Shown here: in pieces, positions 9,957 to 21,417 of the stretch
Layout: every line of letters starts with the position of its first letter
How positions within the stretch are numbered: position 1 is the stretch's first letter
Source of the DNA: a virus
Taxonomy: Duplodnaviria > Caudoviricetes
IMG/VR virus record: IMGVR_UViG_3300036783_000170
Span: 10,501-74,500 of that record
Length of the DNA: 64,000 nucleotides
Reading direction: 5' to 3' (one strand)
Position numbers and translations under genes: made by a program
The notes under the pieces: model-generated
The model's database searches: none
What the model was told of the DNA's origin: nothing
What the model saw: only the letters and a program-made list of their open reading frames with translations

Positions 9957-12900
9957 TGGGCGAGATCATCGTCCGGCTCCACGACGTGCACTGGGACGGC
10001 CTGGAGACCCAGGCCGTCATCGGCGGCTGGATGGCGGCCAAGCAGATGGGCCTGACCGTCGAGCAGAGCGACGCCATCGTGCTGCCGGCCTTCCAGGCGC
10101 TCCGCGAGCGAGTGGAGCTGTGGGCCGGCCAGCAGGCCAAGGAGACACCCTCGGGCGAGCAGAAGCAGCGCGCCCTGCGCCACACGCTGGCCGAGGTCGA
10201 CATCGTCCAGCACGACGCGATGGTCGAGCAGCACATCTCATCGGCCGAGGCGCTGGACAAGATCGAGGCCCTGATCACCGCGTACCTGGACGAGTGGGAG
10301 CACGGCGCGTGGTAGCCGACGACGAGAAGAGGAACACGATGATCGAGAACACTGAGAACACCGACCCGCTTACTCATATCATTGGCTCGCTCGCCATGGG
10401 GCCGAGCGAGTACATCGAGCACACCGAGGCGCAGGGGCAGCGACAGCTCGTCGCCTCCGACCTGCTGCCGATCGAGATCACGGGCCGACCCGGCGTCCGC
10501 AACGTGTTCCTTCACCTAGGGTTCGTCTTCGGCGACGCCGTCGAGGACGACCCGCTGTTCCAGCACGTGACACTGCCTGAGGGCTGGTACCGCAAGGGCA
10601 GCGACCACGACATGTGGTCGTACCTGGTCGACGACGAAGGCAACCGCCGGGTGGCGATCTTCTACAAGGCCGCCTTCTACGACCGCAAGGCGTTCATGCG
10701 GCTGCTGGAGCACTCAGAGGTCGAGCAGGACCGCCTCGCCCACGAGACGCTGTGGACGGTCCAGTACGCCGGCCAGGTCATCCCGTACGAGACGTACGAG
10801 GCCGCCTACGCGATGTTTGAGAAGATCTGCGACCGACGCCAGGCGAATGAAGACTACAGCGGCTCCTTCCCGGCTGTCGTGACCCCTCGCAGCCACTGGC
10901 GGCGAGATGCCTGACGACTGCCCTGGTACAGCGGCAAGAGCAAGAGGGGGGAATTGATGACTGAGTATCGAATTGAGTACGCGATCCAGCGCTGTGACTC
11001 CTTTGGTGAGGAGTTCGTCGAGATCGGATTCGGGAGTTCCGGAAGCTGCTCCGACCTGGATGGTTGTACCTTCTCGATCGAGTCGCAGGTGAACAATGGG
11101 ATATGGGAGACCGAGAAGGGCCAGCCCGATCCCGCCGATGTCATGCGGGCCATCCAGATCGAGTCTGAGGGTGGCTGAGATGCAGCTCAAGGAGTGCGAG
11201 GTCTGCCACCGGGTCGGCTACAAGGCGTTCGTGCCGTATGGCGACGCGGGCTGGCGCTGCGGCCGCGACGACCTGTGTCGGGCCCGGGTGCACCGCGTGC
11301 TCAGCCGCTGGCTCCGGGGGCAGACCCTGACGGAGCGGCTCTACGTCATCGAGCGCTACCAGGACGACGGGCGCGTGCACCCGCTGACGTGCGGCGTCGA
11401 CTCCCAGCACCTGCTGGTGCCCAGGGTCGTGGACGACGCGGTCATCTTGCGGTGCTCGGAGTGCTCGTACGACCAGCACTGGATCCCGTGGCATGTGCTG
11501 CGGCCCTACGCGATCAGGCACGGACTGACTAAGGAGGAGGACTGATGGACGACCTCAAGATCTACGTGACCATCGATGGCACCTTCCGACTCTGGTGCGA
11601 CACGTGCAAGACGGTCCTCTTCGAGGACGATGAGGCGTCTCTGAGACACATCGCTGACATCGCTGTCTTGCACTCTTGCGAGGCGGTCGAGGATGCCTGA
11701 CGAGCTTGGGCCACTCGCGGACAACAATATCCGCGTCCATTTCTTCGACGGCGGGGACGTGTCGCTGTACGCCTGGGTGAAGGCGGTACCGCGCCAGGGC
11801 GACAGGATGGAGATCCCCGCCTCGCAGTTCCGCGACGACCTGTTCGAGGTCGCCGAGGTCATCTGGCCGCTGCTGCCAACCGTCTCCAGGCAGGCCCGGG
11901 TAGGGACGGTCAGGGTTCGACTGAGGAGGTCCGGCGATGCCCGGTAAGTACGCGGCCGAGACCTCGGTCTCGCCGGAGAAGTCGCAGATGGAGATCAAGG
12001 CGACCCTGACCCGCTACGGCGCGGACAGCTTCGCGTTCGCGGAGAACCGCGAGGGCGCGGTGGTGATGTTCGAGGCGCACGGCCGCAAGGTCCGATTCGA
12101 CCTGCCGCTGCCCGACCCGGACGCCCGCGAGTTCAAGATCACCCCGAGCAACCGGATGCGCACCGACCAGGCCGCCATCAGGGCCGCGTACGAGCAGGCC
12201 GTACGGCAGCGCTGGCGGGCGCTCCTGCTCACCATCAAGGCGATGCTAGAGGCCATCGAGGTCGGGCTGCTGACCTTCGACCAGGCGTTCCTGGCGCACA
12301 TCATGGTCCAGGACGGCTCGACCGTCGGGGCCTCGCTGATCCACCGGCTGGACGAGATCAGCGACCAGCGGAGCCTGATGGCCCCGTTCCAGGCGCATCG
12401 AGAGATCGAGTCAGGAGAACAATGAGCTACGACGACACCGTCGACGCGCACGTGGCCGGGCTCGCAGGGACGATCAGGGAGTCGATCAGGGTCGCCCTCC
12501 GCGACCACCTGAGCGTCACCGAGAGGGCCGAGATGGAGCGCGAGCACGACCGGCCTGTGCTCCGGTACGACGAGGGCGACATCGCCGACACCTACTGTGG
12601 CGTACTGACCGGTGAGGGCGAGTTCTGCGACGACAAGGCTGGCATCGTCGGAGGGTACTACGTGCCTTGTGCCTACCACCTGATGTGCGAGCTGCGCAGC
12701 CTCCGGATCGCGCTGGCGATGACGCGCTCGGACCACGCTCAGCTCCTGGAGCGCTGGGCCAAGCTGGACGGCCAGGTCGAGCGCGTAGCCGACCTCCAGG
12801 GCTGGTTCGCTCGTCGGCAGGAGGCCGACACCTACGGCGGCCGTACGGTCGCCGACCTCATCCAGGAGTCGCTCGATGGCGACCCCGACAGGGAGAAGTG

Positions 12901-14505
12901 ATGGGAGACCGACCGACCCACGTGCGCGGCTACTGTCCTATGGGCTGCGGCCAGACGCTGCTCCTCACCGACGAGGACTCCGCCCAGTCCGACGGGCTGG
13001 CCGTCACGGTCTGCTGCGGTAACCCCGAGTGCCCGAGACCGCACGCGGTCGCCGAGATCATCGCCGACGCGGAGACCGAGCACCTCGTCACGTTCACCGA
13101 GAGCGACTGGACGATCAAGCACCCGCTGCGGGAGCGACTAAACGATGCGCTGCTCAAGTGCGAGCTGCCCTCGTTCGTCGGCCAGTTCTTCGCGCTCAAC
13201 TACGTGGACGCCGGCCGGTACCGGGTACGAAGCAAGCCCGGTGGCGGCTGGCTGCCCGCAGAGAAGCTGGAGGACTGATGAGCCAGCTCAAGGCGTGCCC
13301 TCCTGGCGAGTGTCAGTTCGGTGCGTGCGAGAACACGAGCTACAGCGACTACGGCTGCGGTAGCTGCTGCAGCTGCCAGGGGGTCTGCGCGCGGGTCTAC
13401 GTCGCCTGTATCTGCCCGGAGGTCTCGATCGGCGATAGCGCCCAGCAGTACCCGATCCCCCACCCACTCTGCAAGGTCCACGGGAAGGACACCATCTGAT
13501 GGAGAGCAAGAAGCGCACCGAAGAGCACGTCGTCACGCGGGAGCGGTTCGACCTGCTGGACATGGCCGACGAGGAGGTGCGCGTCCTGGTACTGGGGCTA
13601 GAGAAGATCGTCCGCGAGTACAACGACCCCACCAGCGTGACCCGGTCGATGGCGAAGCACGTGCTCAGCAAGCTGCCGGCCGAGTTCCTGACGGACGTCG
13701 CCGGCCCTTGGGCGGCGGCTCGATGAACGACCTGATCGAGGCCCTACAGCTGATGGCCACGCGGGCCACGCCGGAGTCCCCGACGTGGTGCACTCACGAC
13801 GAGCTGCACGTCGCTGGCGTCGACCCGGAGCTGTTCACCCCGGCGGAGATCGTCCGGCTGGACGAGCTGGGCTTCTTCGTGAGCGGGGACGGCGACTTCA
13901 TGTCGTTCCGGTTCGGGAGCGCCTGATGATCAGGCAGCTCCGCCTCACCAAGGGGGTCGATAGCGGCCGGACTCTGATCGAGAGGGCGCCGGACCGCTCG
14001 GAGGTCACCGTGGAGTGGTGGTCGATGGCCGCCGGAGAGAAGTGGCCGCGCGGCTACGTCAAGACCTCCCGCACCGGTGTCGTCATCACTGACGACGACT
14101 CCCGCTACGTGGAGTACCAGATCGTGCGCTGGTCACGCCGGAGAGAGACCCTGATCGTCCGCAAGGTCCGAGACGAGGTGAGGGCCGATGCCTGACTTCG
14201 ACATGCGCGCGACGATGCAGCGGACCGCCGAGTTCCTCGATCGCGTGCAGGCGCTGACCCCGCAGGAGATCACCCAGCAGCTCGTCCAGTGCGGCCGGTA
14301 CCAGATCTTTCAGGACTCCTCCGCTGTTGACGACGAGTACCTGATGATCTTGCAGGAGGAGGCCGTCGTTCGGATGGGCAGTGACGAGGTCTTGAGGAAG
14401 ATCGAGCACCTCATCCAAGACGGCGAAGAGCAGTACCGACCCCAGGTCGAGGTACTGGGCAACATCGCCGTCCTCCTCAGCATGCACCGAGCCGGAGAGG
14501 CGTGA
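9956..14505 (+). CDS. Run of ~16 coupled hypothetical ORFs, including a conserved phage protein at 11937-12425
   Basis: Overlapping start/stops; 11937 carries YAAETSVSPEKSQMEI...RQRWRALLLTIKA..EA, a pattern I recognise from phage hypotheticals. Confidence 0.55.
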
Positions 14506-14553
14506 CGGAACTACCGACTCGCCCTTGTTCACTGACGTAGGAGGAGCACGCGC

Positions 14554-15582
14554 ATGACGCAGAGTTCATCGACTCGCGGCTGGTGGCTGGGGGCGGCGCA
14601 GGACTGCCTCGCCCGCATGGAGGAGACGGCGGCGAACGCCGACCCGACCCTGAACAAGAACGGCCCGACGTTCGCGGCCATGGCGCGGGCGGTAGGCGAG
14701 CACGTCGGCTGGGACGACCCGAGGGTCAAGCAGTGGTTCGACACGGCGCTCGCGGTCCGGTCGCCGTCCGGCGCCTGGGGCGTGGGCGCCTCGCTGGACG
14801 GGCTGCCGACGAACACCAACTTCATGATCACGACGGCCTGCTTCACCGCCCCGCACCTCGCCGCCGGCTTCGCCAACAACGTCGCCCCCAGCGGGTCGGA
14901 CCCGGGCAGGACGCTGGTCACGCAGGCGTCCATGGACCAGCTGCTGGACACCGTGCGCAACTGGCCGGCGTACGCGTACCCGTACGGGATATCGGGCCAG
15001 CCGGTCGCGCTCCCGGACTACTCCGCGAGCTACACGGGCGCCCCGACGAGCCAGCACTCCCAGGAGCGGATCTGGAACATCTCCGCCGCTGCCGCCGCGT
15101 TCCTGCTCTACAACCGGAACCGGCACAGCGTCGCAGCCGCGCAGTCGGACTGCCTCACCAAGGGCACCAACTGGAAGAACGGCGTCCAGTGGGCGATGAA
15201 CCGGCCCACCAACTTCGGCGGCTGGCTCTACCAGGGCATCTACACCACCGGTGGGTCGCCGACCCCGGTGCGCTCCGACGGCGGCCACAACTGGGTGTGC
15301 GCGAACCTCGTCCCGTGGCTGGGCACGGCGCCGATGATGACCCAGCTGGCCGCAGGGGTGGTGCCCGGGGACTCGATCGCCAACCCGTCCGACCCGTGGG
15401 CCGCGTACCTCGCTGGCGCGGTGGCGCTGATGGCGGAGCAGCCGGCCGCCGCCGGCTACCTCGACGTGCTGGTGGGGCGCGTCATCAACCGCGTGGACGC
15501 GAGCATGTCGAGCACCGACCCCGGCGGCCACGCGGTCAACGCCATCAACCTGCTGCACATGCACAAGAACGGGCTGCTGTAG
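14554..15582 (+). CDS. 342-aa protein, possible alpha/alpha-toroid enzyme
   Basis: Long ORF, SD AGGAG, helical Ala-rich segments separated by SPSGAWG and NFGGWLY loops reminiscent of QW-type repeats; function uncertain. Confidence 0.45.
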   Translation: MTQSSSTRGWWLGAAQDCLARMEETAANADPTLNKNGPTFAAMARAVGEHVGWDDPRVKQWFDTALAVRSPSGAWGVGASLDGLPTNTNFMITTACFTAPHLAAGFANNVAPSGSDPGRTLVTQASMDQLLDTVRNWPAYAYPYGISGQPVALPDYSASYTGAPTSQHSQERIWNISAAAAAFLLYNRNRHSVAAAQSDCLTKGTNWKNGVQWAMNRPTNFGGWLYQGIYTTGGSPTPVRSDGGHNWVCANLVPWLGTAPMMTQLAAGVVPGDSIANPSDPWAAYLAGAVALMAEQPAAAGYLDVLVGRVINRVDASMSSTDPGGHAVNAINLLHMHKNGLL

Positions 15583-15813
15583 TGGGGGTCCGGATCTCGT
15601 TCGCCACCGAGGACATGGGCACCGCCTTCGCGTACGTGGAGGCGGTGCCCCGGGTCGGCGAGGTGGTCGCCCTGCTCGACTACGACAACAAGGTGCACCA
15701 CCTCGCGGTCGACGCCGTCGTCCACTCGTTCGGCTTGTCCGAGCACGATGGTGACGAGGCCCGGCTCCGCGAGGTCGCCGTCTTCCTGAGGGGCAAGACC
15801 AAGAGCTGATTGC

Positions 15814-15859
15814 AGGCAAGGATCCTTACTGATACCGTCCGTCCCGACCCGCCAGAGAG
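15814..15859 (+). promoter_or_regulatory. Early-type promoter
   Basis: AAGGATCCTT (15818-27), TACCGT (15833), GCCAGAGAG (15851). Confidence 0.65.
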
Positions 15860-16566
15860 ATCGAAGAGGGGACCCCCATGACGACTACCGTCACCACGCG
15901 CGACCAGCGGATCGTGCTGCACTGCCTGAGCTGCGAGGGCGACCCGGTCATCCACGAGTCGTCGTACCTCTTCGAGGAGGCGCTCGACAACCTCGTGCAG
16001 GCCGCCGAGCAGCACTTCCAGGAGGCCCACGATGCCTGAGGACCCCCGGGAGCGAGAGCCGCTGTGGTGGTACGAGCGCGGCTCTGCCGAGTGGGAGAGG
16101 CTGGTCTCCGAGGCCACCGACGACACCGACTGGGACGCCCTGGAGGCCAACGCCCGTAGCGAGCACTACTACTGGGCGACGTTCACGCCGCCAGGTGCGC
16201 GGATGCCGCTGAGGATCGGACCCCGCACCCTCGACTACATCTTCGACGCCATGAGCTACGCGGGAGTGCCAGTGCGCACAGACATGGATCAGTCATGATG
16301 GCGCGGCTATGGCGCCGGGTGGTATGGCTGTGGCTCGGTGTCGTCTGGGAGGTCGCGACGGTGATGGGGCGCGAGGAGCGGGCAGCGTACGAGGAGGACT
16401 GGATGTTCGCCGACGTGCTGGGGGCCAGCCCGTACCGGGAGGACCCGCACGTCGTCTCCCGGGGCCGGCACCGGGGCGAGGAGGTCTCCCAGCTCGTAGA
16501 CCACGTCGGCCGGCACCGCGCCTGGTACGACCCGGCCGACCACCTGGCGCCCTGGCGCGCGTAGAT

Positions 16567-16590
16567 CTCCAAAGATCTTTAGAGTAAGAT
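16567..16590 (+). promoter_or_regulatory. Early-type promoter
   Basis: CTCCAAAGATCTTTAGAG immediately followed by TAAGAT. Confidence 0.65.
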
Positions 16591-16615
16591 GGACGAATTG
16601 ACTGAGAGGACCGAC

Positions 16616-18087
16616 ATGCCGTTGCCGATATCCGAGAGGGAACCAGCAGCCGATGGCTCTACCCCCTACTTCGATAGATGGGACGAGCTGTATAAGGCCG
16701 CGTACAGGGCGGTGATGTTCGGGGACGAGAAGATCTCCAAGACAGAGAGGCTGGAGCGCGCCAAGTACTTCTTCGACGCCGCCGGTTACGAGTTTATCCG
16801 CTGGGTCCAGGTGAACTACCAGAATCGCCCTCAGCTACCCGCGCAGGACTGGTCCGGCGTCGTGCCGAAGCTCGGCCCGCTCATCGGCGTGTCTCTGGCC
16901 ACCACCAAGCACCCCGAGCAGGACCGCATGGAGATGCTCGCCCTCCGCGCTCGCGCTGAGGAGGCAGAGCGCGTGGTGGAGCAGGAGCGGCTCAACAAGG
17001 AGGGGATGCGCAAGACAATCCAGGTCGTCCGGGAGGACTACGAGGAGCGCCTCTCGGTCCTGCGGCGGTCATATGACTCTCACCACGACGCCGTCGAGCG
17101 GGTGCAGCTACTGCTGGACTTCATCGCCGGAGCGAACCCGGACGCGGCGATGCTCACGCACGTAGAGAAGTTGCTAAGGCCGGTGCTAGCGAGCGTCGTG
17201 CCGTACGAGCCGGAAGACGACTCAGACAGCTGGACGGAGAGCAACTCTTGACATCATATGATCTCGATGAGTCCGTCGAGACGGCGTGCGCCGAGACCGA
17301 CTGCGACGCCGCGATCCACTGCGGCGACCAGTACCTGTGCGGGGGCTGCGAGGACTTCTTCTGCGACGAGCACATGGTCGTGATAGCCGAGGGCGAGCGG
17401 TGGACGCAGGTGTGCGTCGAGTGCGACCGAGAGGAGGAGGAAGAGGATGAGCAAGACTGACCTGGCCGCGCTGAGGGACTGCCCCGACTGCGGGGTCGCC
17501 CCCGGCGGTAGCCACAAGATGGGGTGCGACGTGGAGCGCTGCCCCGGCTGCGGCTGGCAGCGGATCCAGTGCGACAGCGAGGACCACCAGCTCATGCCGG
17601 ACGGCCCGTGGGATGGCGTCTGGCCCGGGGTAGAGGAGTGCCAGGAGTACGGCTGGTACGTCCGCGTCAACCCGCCCGGCGTGACGCCGTGCTTCCAGCC
17701 GGCGACCGTCGAAGAAGCTGACCACCAGGACGTGACGGAGGACCTCAACACGCTCGGTAGGGAGGCCGCCCTCGGCCACCTGGTGTGGGACCGTGAGCTG
17801 GTGCGCTGGGTGCGGGCGTGAGGGGCTCCGACATCACGGACCTGCGGTTCCTGCTGGCGATGCGGGACGTGCGCCTGGGCGCCCGCGTGTACTCCGAGAC
17901 CGTCAGCCGGTGGGACCTGGCGTCGGCCCTGGACTCGGTGCCCGAGAGGGTGCTGCTCTCCAAGGCGAGCAAGGTGATCAAGCGCGGCCTGGTGACCGGC
18001 TGCGCCTGCGGGTGCCGGGGCGACTTCGCCCTCACCGAGAAGGGCATCGCCCTGCTGGTCGAGCACGGCGGAGACGTACAGCTCTAA
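16616..18087 (+). CDS. Coiled-coil protein (16616-17251) and three Cys-rich ORFs (17248-17460, 17447-17821, 17818-18087)
   Basis: DCPDCGVAPG..H..GCDVERC..CG and GCACGCRGDF..T.KG motifs, recurrent in actinophage hypotheticals. Confidence 0.6.
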
Positions 18088-18120
18088 GGATCTTTATGGT
18101 ACGATGGGCAGGCCAGAGAG
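18082..18120 (+). promoter_or_regulatory. Early-type promoter
   Basis: CTCTAAGGATCTTTATGG, TACGAT (18100), GCCAGAGAG (18112). Confidence 0.75.
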
Positions 18121-18132
18121 TACCCAGCGACC

Positions 18133-18579
18133 TTGGAGGATCACGTGTTCGAGCCTAAGCCTGGCGCCCCCAGGACGATCCTCGTCGATGTCGACGGGAC
18201 GGTGGCCCTCCGTGGCGACCGGTCGCCGTACGACGAGACCCGGGTGCACGAGGACCTGCCTAACCCGCCGGTGGTCGAGGTCGTGAGGGCCATGCACGCC
18301 CGGGGCCTCAAGGTGATCTTCTGCTCCGGTCGGACCGACGCCTGCTACGAGGCCACCAGCCTCTGGATCAAGCAGAACGTGCTCGCCGAGCCCACCCACC
18401 TGTTCATGCGCAAGGCCGGCGACACCCGCAAGGACTCGATCGTGAAGCGGGAGATGTTCGACCAGCACATCCGCGACCGGTTCGATGTCCAGTTCGTCCT
18501 GGATGACCGGAATCAGGTCGTCGAGATGTGGCGCTCCCTGGGCCTGACGGTCCTGCAGGTCGCCGATGGAAACTTCTAG
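18133..18579 (+). CDS. HAD-family 3'-phosphatase (stand-alone T4 PNK phosphatase-type domain)
   Basis: ILVDVDGTVA (DxDGT), FCSGR, LFMRKAGDTRKDSIVKREMF, VLDDRNQVVEMWRSLGLTVLQVA.GNF. Confidence 0.9.
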   Translation: MEDHVFEPKPGAPRTILVDVDGTVALRGDRSPYDETRVHEDLPNPPVVEVVRAMHARGLKVIFCSGRTDACYEATSLWIKQNVLAEPTHLFMRKAGDTRKDSIVKREMFDQHIRDRFDVQFVLDDRNQVVEMWRSLGLTVLQVADGNF

Positions 18580-18590
18580 GAGGAACCAGG

Positions 18591-20628
18591 ATGAATGACA
18601 CCTGCCCGACCTGCGGGCCCGGCTACCGGTACGGCGACGAGGGCTGCCGGCACGAGCCATCGCGCGTGTTCGACTTCCCGCTCCGGGTCGACCCGGAGGT
18701 GCCGGACGACGAGGTCCGCGTCGAGCCCCCGGAGGGGCTGACCGAGATCCAGCGGATCAACGCGCGGCTGGAGAGGCTGGAGACGTTCGTCCGGATCACG
18801 TCAGCCCACCACCCGCTCCGCGACCTGCCAGCCGAGCTGAACCGGGCCATGGTGGATAAGAACAATGCCGAGTACCAGCTCGGGTTCGTCCGGCACAAGC
18901 TTGCCAACGAGCAGGAGCGCTACGAGTCCGCCCGAGCGCGGGCGGCGGCCGCCGAGGCCGAGCGCGACGAGGGGAAGAAGGACCTCGACGCTTTCGTGTC
19001 GACGGTCAACCACGTCATTGAGATCCTTGACGGTGCGGGAGTCCCCGATGAGGGGCGTACCGTGCAGCAGCGAGTCGGCCAGCTCGTGCACATGTTCGAC
19101 CTCGCGCAGGCGCAGCATGTCGAGGTGGTCCGTCTCCTCAAGGCCGCCGAGGCCAAGCTGGCCAAGGTCGCGGACGGTAGACCGTGAGCCGGCATAGCGC
19201 CGACGACCGCCGCAGCGAGCTACGTGGCGAGGTCTGCGGGGTGGGGCACCCGGACCGGCCAGAGGTGCTCTGCGACAAGCACGTTCCATGTTTCGGCCAG
19301 CACTCCAGCGTGGCGCACCTGACGAGCTGGCCTGGCCGGTCGGTGCCCAACCGCAAGAGCAGGACGGTGGAGATGACGAAGATCGCCAACGCAGCAGCCC
19401 GGAGGACGACGTGAGCGACTTCTTCGACGGCCCCCTACCGACCGAGCAGGAGAAGGTCCTGCACCACCTGCGGGTCGGGAGCAGTGTGGATGTCAGTAAG
19501 AGGGCTCTCTCTCACCTGAGACTCCCCAGCGGCGTCCACAACGCGACGCTGGAGGTCTCCGACCAGGAGAGGTTCATCCAGGACGAGCTGGCGTTCAAGC
19601 TCACCGCCTACGTGCTGGCCGACCACCTGCCCCCGGAGCGGTACGAGGCCGGCACGGTGGTGGAGTTCAAGCAGCCGGCGTCCTGGTGGCAGCACTGGAA
19701 GCTGGCCCACTCTCGCGGGCGCCTGCTCGGCTGGGTGGCTCGGCGGTGGCCCGTCCAGATGCTCACCGTGACCGAGCCCGTCACGCTCGCCGTGGACCTG
19801 CACAAGGCGTACGCGTTCCCCGAGGCGCCCTCGATGGAGTGGCCCCACGAGCAGCTCGGCCGGCCGGTGCGGATGCACTACCTGAGGACCGAGTTCTTCG
19901 GGACCGAGTCGCGCTTCGAGGTCGAGTGATGGCTGCCGGGCAGATCTTCACCCTGGTGATGCTGGCGATCGTCGCGATCTGCTACCTGGTCTTCTTGCGG
20001 GTCGCCTGGAAGGCCCGGCACGAGCACAAGCGTAAGTTCCCCGTCGAGGCGGACATCGTGGAGGAGGAGCGCGACCTGTGAGCGAGGAGGAGACCACGGC
20101 GAAGATCGCCGCGCTGTACGACGTGCCGGTGGAGATCGTGCAGGACTACTACGGCCTGCATCAGTTCCAGAGCGACACAGAGGCGCTCGGTATGAAGATC
20201 GTGAACGAGGAGGTCGCCGCCGTCGAGGAAGTCGTCAGAGAGCGGCTGAAGAGGCTCGGTCGGTGATGGCTGACTTCGCCGATGGTCTCGACGTGGTGGC
20301 CAATGTGTTGACGGTCCCGTGGTGGGTCTTCATCTCCATCAGCATCGCCGACACCTTCGGCTCCAAAGGATCGGGACTCAGGCGCGTGACGAGCTGGCTG
20401 GTCGTGGAGATGCTGCCGTGGGCCATATTGATAGTGGCCGTCGAGACCGCCGACTCCCTGGTTCGCCATAGGTGGGTATCGGCAGTACTGAACGGCGTCA
20501 TCCTCGTCTTGTACCTGCTGCGCTGGCACCATAACGACGACGACCGGTGGAAGCGCAGGCGCCGGAGGCTGGTCGAGAAGGTCAAGCAGCTCGGCTCCCG
20601 GCTGGTGGTCGCGCCCAGCGAGACGTAG
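18591..20628 (+). CDS. Six hypothetical ORFs ending the early region, two with membrane segments (19929-20081, 20263-20628)
   Basis: Coupled ORFs; hydrophobic stretches. Confidence 0.55.
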
Positions 20629-20630
20629 CA

Positions 20631-20664
20631 CTGTCCTACCTGCTGACCCACCTCCGAATGAGCA
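20631..20664 (+). promoter_or_regulatory. Putative late promoter
   Basis: CTGTCC (20631) ... GAATGAGCA (20656), 25-nt offset. Confidence 0.65.
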
Positions 20665-20679
20665 AGGGAGGTGGGTCGC

Positions 20680-21417
20680 TTGCGTCATGACGCGGCACGA
20701 CCGAAGAAGCTGGTCGCCGAGGACCAGGAGTCCACGGCGGCGGAGCCGATGAGAGGCAGCCAGCCGTCCGTGCGCCGCAACCCCTCCACAGATCAGAAGA
20801 AGACGCGCCGGCAGATGCAGCGATCCCAGCAGAGGACCGCCATCAGCGTCTGCGCGGCCTGTCAGGCGTCGTCAGCCGGACCCTGCCAGTCATGCGGCTG
20901 CACCCTCGTCACGAGGGCGACCGTGCTCCCTACCAACGCGGAGCGACTGCAGTCGGGCCACGTCCTGCGGCTGCCGTCCGGCCAACGGGTCAAGGTCAAG
21001 GGCGTCAGGCCGCACGAGAACAGCGGCGGCCACCTGTACCTGGACACCGACATAGGCACCAGCGTGGTGGACCGCAAGGCCCAGTTCCACGTCATGCAGG
21101 GCGACGCCGCCGAGCGCGGCGCCCCGTTCAAGCAGCCGACCAACCGCGAGACCCCCGGCAACTTCAACACCAACCTGGCCGAGTCCACGGAGAAGCCCGA
21201 GGCCGCCCCGGCGGCCGGCAAGTGCCCCAACTGCGGCAAGGGTCCGCTGGTCAACCACGGGGGCAAGATGGTGTGCCGGAACTGCGGCTACACCAGCTCC
21301 GGCGGCGACTCCGACTTCGGCGACGCAGGGTACCGACGCCCCACCGCCTTCCTGCACGACGGCATGACGGCCGTAGCCCGGCGAGCCCAGACGCTCGTGG
21401 AGAGGACAGAACAGTGA
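20680..21417 (+). CDS. First head-module protein with two Zn ribbons
   Basis: CAAC..CQSCG, central beta-rich segment, CPNCG..CRNCG; TTG start 9 nt after GGAGG (track start 20671). Confidence 0.65.
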   Translation: MRHDAARPKKLVAEDQESTAAEPMRGSQPSVRRNPSTDQKKTRRQMQRSQQRTAISVCAACQASSAGPCQSCGCTLVTRATVLPTNAERLQSGHVLRLPSGQRVKVKGVRPHENSGGHLYLDTDIGTSVVDRKAQFHVMQGDAAERGAPFKQPTNRETPGNFNTNLAESTEKPEAAPAAGKCPNCGKGPLVNHGGKMVCRNCGYTSSGGDSDFGDAGYRRPTAFLHDGMTAVARRAQTLVERTEQ

